From Octopus vulgaris (Eukaryota): DNA of 64,000 nt. How positions within the stretch are numbered: position 1 is the stretch's first letter; every line of letters starts with the position of its first letter. The notes under the pieces are model-generated. The model was not told the DNA's origin and made no database searches. It saw only the letters and a program-made list of their open reading frames with translations. This document shows positions 25,053 to 38,511 of the stretch, in pieces. The position numbers and the translations under genes are program-made. The DNA lies in assembly GCA_951406725.2 (NCBI GenBank), contig OX597825.1, positions 82,708,001 through 82,772,000 on the forward strand, written 5' to 3'.

Positions 25053-26034
25053 AAGAGATTCTCTCGAGAAAGCAACATTATCTTCACGTTGTACTTAATT
25101 CATACCGAAAAAAATTGTGTTTCAAATTATGCTGCATTTAATCAAGTCTTACTTCACCTATTCATCAAGCCTCACGATTTTCAGGGAGATTATTCTGGAT
25201 TCTTTCTATTTAAGTAGTAGATTGTCACATATTTCACTAAACCTCAGAAGTGTGCGAGGCAGATTTGTCCTTAGTGAGATTTGAAACCAGAAATACCTAC
25301 TTTAGAATCTGAGATACAATAACAACATTTCACAATAATATTTCAAATATATATCGAAATAGGAAATTTTTTAACTCCAAAGCTGTACTAAGAGTAAACT
25401 GCATAGATAAATTGCTATAAAACATTCTCTTCACAATAGTAATACAAACAACAAAGACACCATTTAAGTACTTAGATTCATATGTTACATTAATCCGCCT
25501 AATCAAAGCGGAAATTTATCAAACAAAATTCGCCAAATAATCAAGTAATAGATATAAAACAGCGAACGATAAAGCAAACAGACGTAAATTGAAATAACCT
25601 ATATATGATAATTAGATGTTGCTTCCTGGACGCAATAATGCCGTGGGGACGGTTAATGTTTAGTAAAATTGAAGGGTGTTGCTTTTGTTGACGAGTTACG
25701 AAATTAATTGCAGCATTGGTGTTTTAGACAATACAATCAGTTTATATGTGATAGGCTGTTTTTATTTGATTTATTACATTATCTTTGATTTGGCAGAAAC
25801 AAAAAGACAAAAAAAGAATTAAAAGCTAGAAAAAAAAAAGAAAGCAAAATAAAAGCTGATGAAACTAAAAATGATTTTTAAAACAAGAAACGAGATAATA
25901 CTTGCAGTAACCTCATATTCAATATAGACATACAGATGAATGATTTATATAGGCATAAATGTATGTAGATTAATATTTCCTACACATAAAAATATATCAC
26001 TAGATTCACTCAGTTACACACAGACACACACAAT

Positions 26035-26424
26035 TATATATCTGTACTTATATATAAATATATATATATATACGCACTATATATAGATACATATACGCAC
26101 ATATACATACGTATATATCCACTTATATATGGATATATATATATATATCTATATATATGTATATATATACGTATATATAAAGATATATATACATATATGT
26201 GTATATGTATAAATATATATATGTATATATATATATATACATATACATGTATATATATTTGTATATATATATATAGATGTGTATGTGTATATAGGTATAT
26301 ATATATATTTATACATATATATACATTTATATACGTATATATACATAGACACATAAGGATATATGTGCATATACATCTATACGTATGTATATACATATAC
26401 ATACGTACATCCATATATATATCC

Positions 26425-26503
<79 letters not shown>

Positions 26504-26672
26504 TATATATTTACGTATATATAGGTATATATATATATGTATACATATATATATTTATATATATATATATACATAGACATATATAAGGAAATGTATATAT
26601 ATATACATATACATGTATATACATATATGTACTTATATATATACGTTTATATATATATATACCTATAATATA
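26035..26672. repeat. Degenerate (TA)n/(TACA)n low-complexity tract
   Basis: Directly visible. Confidence 0.9.
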
Positions 26673-26699
26673 TACGTTCGGAGATAATATGTTTAAGTT

Positions 26700-26885
26700 T
26701 ATCCATGAGTCCGAACATTTTGTACAAAGATTTTTAAAAAATAGGTTCTTTCTGTGTTCCTTTGTTCCTTTCTGTGGAAGCGCGTAGGCTCGAAATGTAA
26801 ACGACATTTTCAATTCCCAAGAGTTTCACTAATACATCCGCTTGTGTTCCACATAACCTGTCTTCGTCTTTTTGTTTTTTCGAGA
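26700..26885 (+). mobile_element. Short Penelope-pLTR-like repeat with a degenerate hammerhead (26769-26803)
   Basis: ttt-CTGTGGA-A-GCGC[gtag]GCTC-GAAA-TG-TA; homologues at 40225-40378 (-) and about 22048-22107 (-). Confidence 0.55.
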
Positions 26886-27207
26886 AAGAAATGAAAGCGC
26901 AAATAATAAAAAGATATACATATTTTTATTCTCAATACGTATTGTTTCCGTCCTTGTTTTTGTATACATTCCCTGCTTTCTTCCAAGGAATCTAATGTTC
27001 TTTGCTTAGTTTTCCCTTGGGGTGGGCCAGACTATAGAAATCTCAAGAATAATTTGCCGAAATAGCGAAGATAATCTGGTACTTGAGTGAGGAAATAAAA
27101 CTTCGAATGTCCCGTCCTTATTTTCTTTGAGTCATCTATTTGGATGTTTTGTTGTACCATTTTTGTATCATCTAACTGTATGGATCTCTTGCGTTCTTGT
27201 CCCATTT

Positions 27208-27247
<40 letters not shown>

Positions 27248-27477
27248 GGATTGAACAGACAGAGTACAAGGAGAAAGATTTAGACGAAAGTAGAGCAAAC
27301 AGGAAACTAGACGGAAACTTAACGGACGGGGAAGATAGACAGAGACACGATTCACGGAATATTTGCATCTGAGTTTTCCTCGTCAGTCAATGAATCAAAA
27401 TATCATCTTGGTTTCGCGACGTTATCGTATATAATGCACACACATGCATCTGTATATCTAGTTATCATTCTTTCTCT

Positions 27478-27558
<81 letters not shown>

Positions 27559-27605
27559 CAGTATATAAACATTTATACTTATAGATATATACGTATATAC
27601 GTCTA

Positions 27606-27665
<60 letters not shown>

Positions 27666-27715
27666 AGAGGTATACAAATAGAGTTAAACGCAGGTGTTAT
27701 GCAAATGCCTTTACG

Positions 27716-27805
27716 TCTGACATATGTTTCGAAGACAACACTCGTAATATTCCAGAAGGAATAAAATGATGTAAAACGGAAACGATGCAATATTCTCACC
27801 AGAGA
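27716..27805 (-). ncRNA. Hammerhead motif with an A6G change
   Basis: TCT-CTGGTGA-GAA...TTC-GAAA-CATATG-TC-AGA; palindromic stem III ACATATGT, GUC site. Confidence 0.5.
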
Positions 27806-28089
27806 AAGAAAGAAAGCAAAGACGGTAATAAAGATATTTTAACAGAATGTAATGACTGTGTATTTGTTGAAGTTAACACTATCATAACCTTAGTTGCTGT
27901 GAGCGATTTCTACTATTCAATAAAATTCGACCTTTGTCTGTCTTCTTACATTGGTATAAACAGTCTTAAACATTGTTTACCCATATCTCTAAATTGCCAG
28001 GCCGCTGTCAATTCTATAGTGTTTGAGTATCGCAGCCAAAAATGCAGATAAAATGCAACAAGAATTTAAGCCTTCGTTTATGAAATGTC

Positions 28090-28710
28090 CGTACACCCCC
28101 AGGACTAAGGGTTCACACCAGAACTGAGGTAGGAGTAACCCAAGCTGTACATAACTATAAGATTTCTTCCCTCAATGGAGTTCATCTTGCAGTTATTTCT
28201 CAGCTGGAAAAAAATGGAGAAAATAGTTTGTTGGGGCTGGATGATGTGTAGAAGACCTATGTGTATCACGTGTTGACGTTGCTACGTGAAAGCCTTTACC
28301 TCTCCTTCTGGAATCAAAGATCAGTTTATGACGATTTCTCTTGAGTTGGAGAAAAATTCTTCTGCCACACTCCTGAGTTCTAACATTCTAAATGCCTACC
28401 CAGAACACTAGGATGATAATTTTTATGAGCAACTTTGTACCGGCATCATGATGATCCAGCATTGAAACAAAGCTGTTTTAATTGGAGACATCAAACTCCA
28501 AGTCGGTGCTGACCATCAAGCATATTTTGATATTTTCGATCTGTGAGGAACGGCGTTAACCAACATAAAAGGTCTACGTATTTTTTTTTCCTTTTCCGAG
28601 AATTTGACCTTGCAATCAGCAACAATTTCTACCAATAATGAACTACAAAAGGATTTGGATACATCGGAGATGAAAGGATTACTTTATGAGTGATTCGATT
28701 ATCACATAAC
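28090..28710 (+). mobile_element. RTE-clade LINE AP-endonuclease relic
   Basis: PSGIKDQFMTISLEL...ATLLS...DDNFYEQL...KAVLIGDIKLQVG...LAISNNF...WIHRR, matching RTE APE motifs (DxFYxxL, LLGDFNARVG, TWxHPRS); many stops. Confidence 0.75.
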
Positions 28711-29683
28711 GTGTTATAAAGTACATTAACATCACTTGTTTTGTTCCACTTCGCTTGTTATCCGGCTGATCACGCTCTTTCGTGTACTGCTATGTCCCTC
28801 TGCATTGCTCGAAAGAGTCCTACTCCCAGAGGGAATTCGTGCTGTTTCTTTGATTTCTCTCAACGTGTACGTGTCTGTGTATCTACACACACACAAACAC
28901 ACACACATACGCACACGTACGCGGACACACATATGCACACATCTCTTTCTCTTACACACATACCCACACTGCTATTTCGTATTCCTGCTCACCAAATATA
29001 TCTGCATGTGCGATTTCAAAAATAAGGAGACTAAATGAGTTTTCCATGTTTGGGCGAGAAAATGAAGTGAAAGAGAGTGAAACTTATGCCTTCATTCACG
29101 AATAATGCTTTTCAATGGTGAGTTTTGACAAAAGACTGACTTGGAAAAGTATCAGTCATGAAGTTCCTAATTCTCTAAAACTCTATAAAGACTATTATAC
29201 TATGACATTCATTAAAAACTGCATATCTTATATATTTCTGCAAATCCTGCTATTACTGTTCTTATTTCTCACTAAATATGTAATTACATACTTTCACACA
29301 GTATATAGCGTACATCTGATATAAATGAAGATATCTATTCATAAAAACAACCAAACAAACACCATCATACACAGCTTCTGTAATTTATGTATCATAAATG
29401 TCCATATGGTTTGCCAATAATGATGGATATCCAATATTAATAACATATATGTAGTTATCTATCCCTAGACAAGTTTACGATAACACACAAATCTGAGCTT
29501 TGTTCCTCATGATATTCACAATTTTTAGTTCTTTTTTTTTTATACATTTCTCTTTCTCTTTTGTAAGTGATCAATATTTTATGCCAACAATTGAGGTCAA
29601 TCTATGAAGTAAGCTAATATATATTTGTTGTCACCAGTTTCGTTTTGCATTAACAAACAATTTGTCCTTAGCTTTCTCACATG

Positions 29684-29719
<36 letters not shown>

Positions 29720-29739
29720 ATAGACATATAGACACACAT

Positions 29740-29799
<60 letters not shown>

Positions 29800-30202
29800 A
29801 TATAATTTGGACATGGGCGATTGTTGTATTCTTTCCTGTCTTGAGGTTCACAGCCAAACGGCTGGGTGGATTCGCATGATAAATGGCACACATGTAGAGA
29901 CATGTACGTAGATAGGAATGCAGTTTGTATTTTTTCATAACACCCATACTTACCGAGAAAATAGATTAAAATGTTTTGTAATGGAATATCCCTCTTTCTT
30001 CTGCCATTAAAACAACCAGTTGCTTAGAAGCTGTTTTCCGACGGGCTGAGGTCAGGAAATTTTCACATATTTGGAGGCTCCAATCGAAACAGGGGACCCG
30101 AAATGATAAGGTTGACAAACGCTGTTATAGATTATACCTAACCGAAAACGATCACAACCACATTATCCAAATAGACCGGGTGAAACCGGGCTTAGCTGCT
30201 AG

Positions 30203-30237
<35 letters not shown>

Positions 30238-30250
30238 ATATATAGCATTA

Positions 30251-30337
30251 GAGTCGATTTGTCTGACACTAAAATTATTCAAAGCAGTGCCCCAGCATGG
30301 CCGTAGTGTCATGACTGAAACAATAAAGAGATTCTAG

Positions 30338-30345
<8 letters not shown>
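30251..30345 (+). mobile_element. SINE-B tail fragment duplicated from 32685-32780
   Basis: Nearly identical, including private substitutions and the 3' flank. Confidence 0.8.
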
Positions 30346-30392
<47 letters not shown>

Positions 30393-31215
30393 GCATCATC
30401 GATGAGCGTATGAGCGTTAATTCCGTCCGAAATCACTAGTGATCTGGCACTCTCGCCTGATGTAGGATGGACGTCTCTCTTGTCAGCAAATAGATAATGC
30501 ACTACACATGGCTAAGAAATGATTTGAGCCTTATTTCTTGCAATGCTGGTGCTGACTTTCACCCTAAGACACTTTAGTGATTATTGCTAGGATGTTGGAC
30601 TCGAGTAAATTTCATCAATTTTTCCAAATCGTTTTTAGTAAATCCGTATAAGTAATGGACCAGTAATTGTTACTTGCATCAAGTCATATCAAAACATTTT
30701 GAAAATATTTAATACGTACATTTCCGGTTTGAGTAATATATAATAGAAAAAAGCTTCCTTTATGTAAACCTACTTCAGTTAAAGCATTTCAAAGTATCTT
30801 AACATCTACTCTCGTTTTAGGCCGGCTAAAGCCTTGTGAATATGTATGGTAGATGGAGACGAAAAGGAGTTGGATGTGATAGTATCGAAATCAAACATTT
30901 ACCTATGGAGACAGCGATTATTGTATCACCTGAGAATATACAAGTAGATTCTTTTATACACGTAAAACGTTAATTAATTTGAATTTAAATCCAGCGTAAA
31001 TATGCGGTTCTATGTTGTATTAAAACATGTGTAGTGGTTATTAAACAGATGTCCAATCGTACTCCCTCTTCTTTTTGGCTATATACTCTTTCCTTTTTAT
31101 TTTCACACACCAGATATGACTAAGCCTAGAATGGGAAGCATACCATAATACTGCCGGCTATTTGGAAACTCTAACGAGCTCTAATTTGTAGCCTAATGCG
31201 TTCCTAACAACGCAA

Positions 31216-31284
<69 letters not shown>

Positions 31285-31702
31285 CACGTTCGTTTACTGT
31301 TAACATTTACTACGAAAAAATTATACTTCATTACTACCATGCAAACTTATCAAAACCTCGGATTACTATATAGAAATTTATACAGAATTCCTATGACTTG
31401 TATCTATACCACTATGGATTAACTAATTCTAATAAACACACATACACTTTTTATGAACAGTTCTCTTCCTTTCATGTCTCTAAAGAATGGTTATGGAGCT
31501 TCAATATGGTTATCATTTCGATTTCATTCATATAAGTTACATAATCAGGAAACGATTGTAAGAAATTTTTATACGTCTTATTCGATATTGTACATTCCTA
31601 TTCTAATAATCTACGTGGGAATACAATACTATATGTTAATATACTTTTTGTTGTGATTATTCCAAATATACTTATTCCATTCTCTCTTATATTCTAATAT
31701 AT

Positions 31703-31776
<74 letters not shown>

Positions 31777-31840
31777 GCATACATACATACATATATATAT
31801 ATACATGCATACATACATACATATATATATATACATGCAT

Positions 31841-31918
<78 letters not shown>

Positions 31919-31953
31919 CATATATATATATATACATACATACATATATATAT

Positions 31954-31998
<45 letters not shown>

Positions 31999-32574
31999 AA
32001 GGTCTGCTGACAAGCTCATGGTCTGACCAAATATATTCTGATAGAATGTGACTGAATGAAGTTTATATTTCCACATAGGCCCCCTCGAGTTTCACTCATT
32101 TCTTCTATCGGTGATTTAGTGCTTGATTGCCATTTCTGAAGAAGCTTTCATCCTGTTGGTTAATGAAGGTAATCAACATCGAATGTGACGTCATTCGAGG
32201 TTAGAGTTCGATGGGGCCAAATCAAGGGCGGTGATCAACCAGTTCACAGTTAGGTAGAGTAGCCATTAAAACCAAGAACTAGAAAGAAACAATGTAGTTA
32301 TTAATAAAAAGGCTGTCAGTTAATGCATACCAGATTTCACACCTCTAGCATCAATCCTTGGTAGTCAACCCATAAACATTTCAACCCCATCTCGTATATG
32401 TGTGTGTATATATCTGTGTGCGTGTGACTGTGTGTGTCTGTGTGTGTATGTGTCTGTGTTTTCATGTGTATATATGTGTATGTGTCTGTGTGTTTATGTG
32501 TCTGTGTTTGCATGTGTATCTGTGTTTTTATATGTCTATATGTATGTGTATGTGTCGCTGTGTATCTTTATGCG

Positions 32575-32765
32575 AATTATTGCCGCCCAACACTGCTTCC
32601 TGGTGTTTTTACGGTCCATAACCTAGCTCTCCGGCAAAACAGAACCGACAGAATATGTACCGGACTTTAGAAAAATAAATATTGGAGTCGATTTGTCTGA
32701 CACTAAAATTCTTCAAAGCAGTGCCCCAGCATGGCCGTAGTGTCATGACTGAAACAATTAAGAGA
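32575..32765 (+). mobile_element. SINE family B, 3' half
   Basis: cggcaaaacagaaccgacagaata...gcagtgccccagcatggccgtagtgtcatgactgaaac. Confidence 0.75.
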
Positions 32766-32771
32766 TACTAG

Positions 32772-32807
<36 letters not shown>

Positions 32808-32811
<4 letters not shown>

Positions 32812-33078
32812 GAGGCGCAGGATCGCGGTTTCGATTCCCAGACCGGGCGTTGTGTGTTTTTATTGAGTGAAAACACCTAAAAGCTCCACGAGGCTCCGGC
32901 AGAGGATGGTGGTGATCCCTGCTGTACTCTTTCGCCACAACTTTCTCTCACTCTCTCTTCCTGTTTCTTGAGTAAGGCTGCGATGGAGTGGCGTCTCGTC
33001 CAGCTGGGGGTGGGGAACATACGCCACAGAAACCGGGAAACCGGGCCTATGATCCTGGCTAGGCTTGAAAAGGGCGAC
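32808..33078 (+). mobile_element. SINE family C (tRNA-Arg-like head with internal deletion; tail type 1)
   Basis: gtggaggcgc...ggtttcgattccc B-box, gctccacgaggctccggcag body, gctgcgatggagtggcgtc...gaaaccggg tail. Confidence 0.85.
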
Positions 33079-33115
33079 GTTTATCGTTTTAGATTATATA
33101 TATAGAGAGGTATGT

Positions 33116-33148
<33 letters not shown>

Positions 33149-33490
33149 AGTAAACAGCAACTTGGTGAAAAGTGAGAGAGAGACAAGTATTTCTCTTAGC
33201 ATCTCATGGACACGGTGAAAACTGTTGCATCTCTCTTAATTGCTGCGTGTCAATGTCAGATAGTAACACTATTTTTACTAGTGTTGCATGACTTCTGTGT
33301 ATTGTTGGAAACTCCAAAAAAAGAATGCTACGTTCTGAAATTGTCTTGCTGTGCGTTTATATTAAATATGGTAGGAAAAAAGGGGGGGGAGAGGCAGGGG
33401 AAAGAGACAACGTTAAAAACTTGACTTTATTATACTAGAACATTGCGACGACGTGTCTCTTCCGTTTCTCGCCTCAGGAGGTGTCTTACA

Positions 33491-33614
33491 TCCATAATCA
33501 CTGATAAATCAGTAGTGATACCGATAAACACTGCGTACAACATCAAAGTATTGTTTATATAGATGTGACTAAAAAAGCTTATGCTAAGCCAGACAACCAA
33601 ATAGACTAATAACA
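33491..33614 (-). CDS. Candidate hydrophobic (transmembrane-like) exon
   Basis: Acceptor aactcttcag|, donor GAT|gtaaga; LLVYLVVWLSISFFSHIYINNTLMLYAVFIGITTDLSVIMD. Confidence 0.4.
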
Positions 33615-33751
33615 CTGAAGAGTTTCTACAATATCAATTTCAGTCCTCATTAGTATAACGTACTCTGAAAGAAACCCACTAAAATCGGTTCGAATTACCT
33701 GAAATTGAACATCATTGGTCATTACATGATACAGGTAATATATACAAATAA

Positions 33752-34154
33752 GGCGGCGAGCTGGCAGAAACGTTAGCACGCCGGGCGAAATGTTTAGCCG
33801 TATTTCGTCTGCCGCTACGTTCTGAGTTCAAATTCCACCGAGGTCGACATTGCCTTTCAAATTTCGGATTCGAAAATAAGTACCAGTTACGCACTTGGTC
33901 GATATAATCGACTCAATCCATTTGTCTGTCCTTGATTGTCCTCTCTGTGTTTAGCCTCTTGTGGGTAGTAAAGAAATAGGTATTTCGTCTGCCGCTACGT
34001 TCTGAGTTCAAATTTTGCCGAGGTCGACTTTGCCTATCATCCTTTCAGGGTCGATTAGAAATGTACCAATTACGCACTGCGGTCGATATAATCGACTTAA
34101 TCCCTTTGTCTAATCTTGTTTGTCTCCTCTATGTTTAACCCCCTGTGGGCAATA

Positions 34155-34160
<6 letters not shown>
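33752..34160 (+). mobile_element. SINE family A tandem (full unit plus truncated unit)
   Basis: ggcggcgagctggcagaaacgttagcacgccgggcg head; second unit begins ggtatttcgtctgcc at about 33979. Confidence 0.92.
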
Positions 34161-34195
<35 letters not shown>

Positions 34196-34199
34196 AAAT

Positions 34200-34277
34200 T
34201 TGAATTTCATTCACGGAATCCCAGTATTACCTTTGCAGACCACCAGCGGTCCGTAGACCCCGAGTTAGAAACAACTG
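34200..34277. mobile_element. hAT (Charlie-like) MITE end
   Basis: ggtccgtagaccccgagttagaaacaactg followed by ctatagac (NTCTAGAN-like target). Confidence 0.45.
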
Positions 34278-35149
34278 CTATAGACCTTAATAGTAAAAGC
34301 ACGAATCCAAAATAAGAGCAGTAAAAGATTATCGAAATACAATACCTCATTGCGAAATTTTACTCCGCCAGAATCTTTATCTTCTAACTAGGTTATGAAG
34401 TTACAACCATAAAAATATAGAAATAAAAGCGCCAGAAAGCGTAATGTCTAGTCAAGAGAGAAAGTAAATGGTATAATTCTCGTAGGAATTAGAATTAAAT
34501 GAGGTATTGATTATGTGTGGCTAAATATTAAATTTAAAGGTTATTCATAAACATATGATTATTTAGATTGATCTAATGTAAAATACAGAAAATATGTTAT
34601 TCTAATATTTAATATATTTACCAAGCATTGGTGTCGGAGGTGTTGTGGTTCAAATGACTCGTTTATGATATTTAATACAGTTTAAGCATTCTCATTTATT
34701 TTCGTAGGTGTAATCTATAACAAACATCAAACGTATTCATGAATAAAGTTTTTCTTTTTTTTAATATTAGTTCATGAATAATTCAGATTTGGCGAAAATA
34801 CATTTATCATTGAATTTCAATCGTCCAAATTTGACAACGAAATCGGAAGATCGTTGAAAAACCGATGGACAAAGGTCGATAACTTAGAAGAAATATCAAT
34901 CAAACAATTGTATTGGCCAACAAATTATTTTCCATTGAGGCATATAATGATTGTATATTACTATTTGAAATAATCAGTGGGGACCTCTTCTTAGTAGCTT
35001 CAACAATTAGAAGCTATAAAATTTCTCTTCAATCAAACTCGGACCACTTAATCAAAAGCTACAACTCAGACATAAGGCCCATTCCTTGTGGTTGGGTTGG
35101 ATAAGCTGCCTAAATGAAGCTGGAAGCCGTTCAAAAAGAGCGAAAGCTA

Positions 35150-35350
35150 CTGGTAGGTCTCTTCAAGCTTGACATGTCAAAGGATTGAACCCAGACTAAA
35201 AGGGACCACCGTTGCACAAAGGTAAAATTCGCTTTGTGTAAGCCAAATAGATGCACTGTTACAAGAGCGACGATGATAATTCTAAACCAACGGCACAAAA
35301 TCGAGAAGGTTGGAAAAGGTTTATTGAAGACTCATGTTCAACATGGAGAT
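35150..35350 (+). mobile_element. RTE-like LINE 3' end relic
   Basis: TAQNREGWKRFIEDSCSTWR resembles the RTE C-terminal AQDRxxWR motif. Confidence 0.45.
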
Positions 35351-35491
35351 GCGTACTTATATAGGTAACAACGAGGACAATTCATAGAAATGTCTGAGCA
35401 TAACGTTAAGTTTAGCTAAAGCTGGATAGAATAAGGAGATAATTCATAAATGTATTTCACATTTTAGCCATCGGTTTTACTAATCAACATC

Positions 35492-35530
<39 letters not shown>

Positions 35531-35675
35531 TAAGTTCAGCAAAAATTTAGATTCAGATGAATATGATACTTAAGTTAAAGGCACCAGAATTTGGTATGGT
35601 ATTATCCATATAAATCATATGGGGTGATTATAATCAGAATAAGCAACAAGGATATACTTGTTGCTTATTTTGAGA

Positions 35676-35746
<71 letters not shown>

Positions 35747-35819
35747 ATAAAAGATCGTGGGTAAGGCCAGCAGGGTAAATCACAAAGCAAATATGTGAAT
35801 TAATGCAGATTTACCTTGT

Positions 35820-35858
35820 ATTTAATATTTCGGGGCTATGACCCCATTTTCAAGAAAT
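35820..35858 (-). ncRNA. Minimal hammerhead motif, U3-A8 variant, weak stem I
   Basis: TTGAAAA-T-GGGGT[cata]GCCCC-GAAA-TA-TT; clear stem II and palindromic AATATT stem III. Confidence 0.5.
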
Positions 35859-36260
35859 TGACGAATGTCGCTGTTGTGCGTGTGTGTGAGCGTGTGTGCA
35901 GGGGATAGATGGATATTGATATATGTGTACGTATTTGAGTGTTAAACTACGAAAGACCGTACACATGGAATTTAGGGGCGACACATTATTTTACTGAAAT
36001 TCACGACACACAAACACCCACCTCACAGGCATGATCACACGTATAGTTATCTACGCTTACGATGTTAGTTATATATGCATATTGTATAAAGAAAAACAGT
36101 TACCCAAGTGATATAAACCTGCTGTTTTATTTGAATACGTTTTATGCTGTTAGCAATATAGCATAGAGTATTTCAAGTGGATATGTGCCATATTCATAAG
36201 TAGAGAGTAATTTGCTTAACAAGAAAATGTAGCAGAGCTGTCAAAGTTTACAGTCTTAGT

Positions 36261-36324
36261 TCATAACTTGTTGACCTGAATGTAGTCAGCTATTTGGATC
36301 CTTAATAAAACGAGAAAAGATTCG
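36261..36324 (-). CDS. Candidate exon of the minus-strand gene (phase 2 start)
   Basis: Very strong acceptor tttccctctctcttcttccag|; ESFLVLLRIQIADYIQVNKL*; LLRIQ repeats a motif in exon 50133-50408; 3' boundary uncertain. Confidence 0.5.
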
Positions 36325-36599
36325 CTGGAAGAAGAGAGAGGGAAATGGACATGCATTTCCATAGCATTTAGTAAATGTATTGGGAGAATGTTTCACTTGC
36401 TGAAAGCTTTAGTTATAGTGTGTATAAAAATAACTGTATATATGTATGTATGCATGTACGTATGTGCATGCATGCATTTATGTATATATATATATATACC
36501 CCCACACACATATAGATAAATGGAGCAAAAATGCAATACCGGACAATAAGACATCCGGACAGAGAGACGACGCAAAGGCTTTTCTTCATTTCCGTCTTG

Positions 36600-36987
36600 C
36601 TGCTACTGCTGTTGCTGTTGAGCGAACGGTCTTCGTCCCAGAGCTCCCAAGATGGGAGAAGTCCGAAACGTGGTCCTTTGCTATTCGTAAGACCCGCAGA
36701 AGATAAAGCATGTCAACCCTCGACACCGAGAGCATCGACGGATGGATGAATGTGCATCCAGGCTCAGCGGTTGCGTAGGAAGTCGGGGACAAGAAACAGG
36801 AAGAAAGAGTGAGAGAACGTTGGGGCCAAAGAGTAAAACAGGGGTCGCCACCACCCCCTGCCGGAGCCTCGTGGAGCTTTAGGTGTTTTAACTCAATAAA
36901 CACACACAACGCCCGGTCTGGGAATCGAAACCGCGATCCTCCCACCACGAGTCCGCTGCCCTAACCATTGGGCCATTGTGCCTCCAC
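36600..36987 (-). mobile_element. SINE family C with alternative tail (type 2)
   Basis: Same head and body as 59065-59360, but diverges after cttcctgtttcttg into an unrelated ~180-bp tail ending in (CAG/CAA)n. Confidence 0.85.
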
Positions 36988-37856
36988 TTGCCACCACTGC
37001 TGCTACTGCTGCTTATATTCTACTCTTGTAGTTGTGGCAAAACCACAGTATTAATTGAACACAGTATTAATTGAACACGCCGTTTATTAATTTTTATTCC
37101 CATGCAATAAAGAACCAGATATCTGCGGTTCAATGTCCTACGATAGCTTGGGACACAGTGGCCTCTTTGAATTTGAAATAAAAGATTTATCTCTTGCGTC
37201 TAATATATCGATTAACCACAGTGAATATACCTCGTTAGCTCAAGATGCTATAGTTTATTTAGACATTTAGATATAGTTACGATTGTATCGTTAAAGTATT
37301 TCTTTAAAACTGTGGAGTACGGATCGTGAATGCGAACGTATACTTCGTAGAACTATACAAAGCTGCTTTAAAATACCTATTCACGTTGTATAAGTGAAAG
37401 AAACCTCTTCATTGCTACACATTCAACTTGAGATCGTACACGAGATAAATAGACTAAAATTGATTCTAAACGTAAGAGGTTCACAAAGATCAAGAATATC
37501 CGAATTAGAGGATCGCAATTACATTACGTCTCACTTCTGTATAGAAATCACGTTAAAATAACTTTCATAAAAGGTTGTAAAATTCGCATAGCAGATCGAC
37601 AGCTTCTAAAGAGCCAGCTCCTGGAATTTAACTTAATTATAACTTCATAAACTCATAGACAGAGTGATTAGTCGGAGAACCAGTAATTTATCTTTCGAAA
37701 ATAACTCAAACTGTAACGAATGATTTGCCAGTTTAGTAACGAATGTCACACACAGTTCTATTTTAGTTGTTCTTTTTCCCTACACCAGATATATTTACTT
37801 TTTCTTTATTATTTTTTCTATATTACATTTGTATTTTTTTTCATTATTTCTTTCAC

Positions 37857-38120
37857 TTGGTCGACGTTACTAAATCTCTTATTGACTGCATGTTAAAGAG
37901 ATTACTGTGATTAAACGATTCTAAATGACAATCATGAGATGTTGGTCTATTCTTGACAACAAAACAATATGAAAAGAAACACACATGACTTTTCATAAGT
38001 TGTCCATCCGACTTGGTGCTCCAAGAAATTTTACTCACCGGCAACAAGAATATGAAAGAAAGATCTAGTTGGTGGATTGACATGTTCAAAATAGTAACCA
38101 AATCTTTCAGAAATAAGTGT
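37857..38120 (-). CDS. Exon of the minus-strand gene (264 nt, phase 2-2)
   Basis: ttatttttataacctgtag| ... AA|gtgaaa; open frame HLFLKDLVTILNMSIHQ...FFSYCFVVKNRPTSHDCHL...SIRDLVTST. Confidence 0.6.
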
Positions 38121-38187
38121 CTACAGGTTATAAAAATAAGAAAATAAATAACAGCTTCACTTATGCAACCCGTGGTATGATATATGT

Positions 38188-38423
38188 TAACAGACGTGAG
38201 TTTTTAATAGAATTAATCACAACGTTTCTCGAACTTAATTGACACGGACCTAAAAATGCAACAAAACAAAACAAAAGACGAACGACATACATTATTGTCT
38301 GCAGACAAAATATAAGGAATAAAAATTAAGTATTCCTAGTGTCAGGTGTAAAATCATATATATGTTCAAGGTAGTGCTCCAGTATGACCACAGTCAGTCC
38401 AGTGACTGAAACTAGTAAAGGGA

Positions 38424-38511
<88 letters not shown>

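Noticed and set aside
32134-32185. CTGAAGAAG followed by a hairpin
   Set aside because: GAAAC is missing after the stem, so the core is incomplete.
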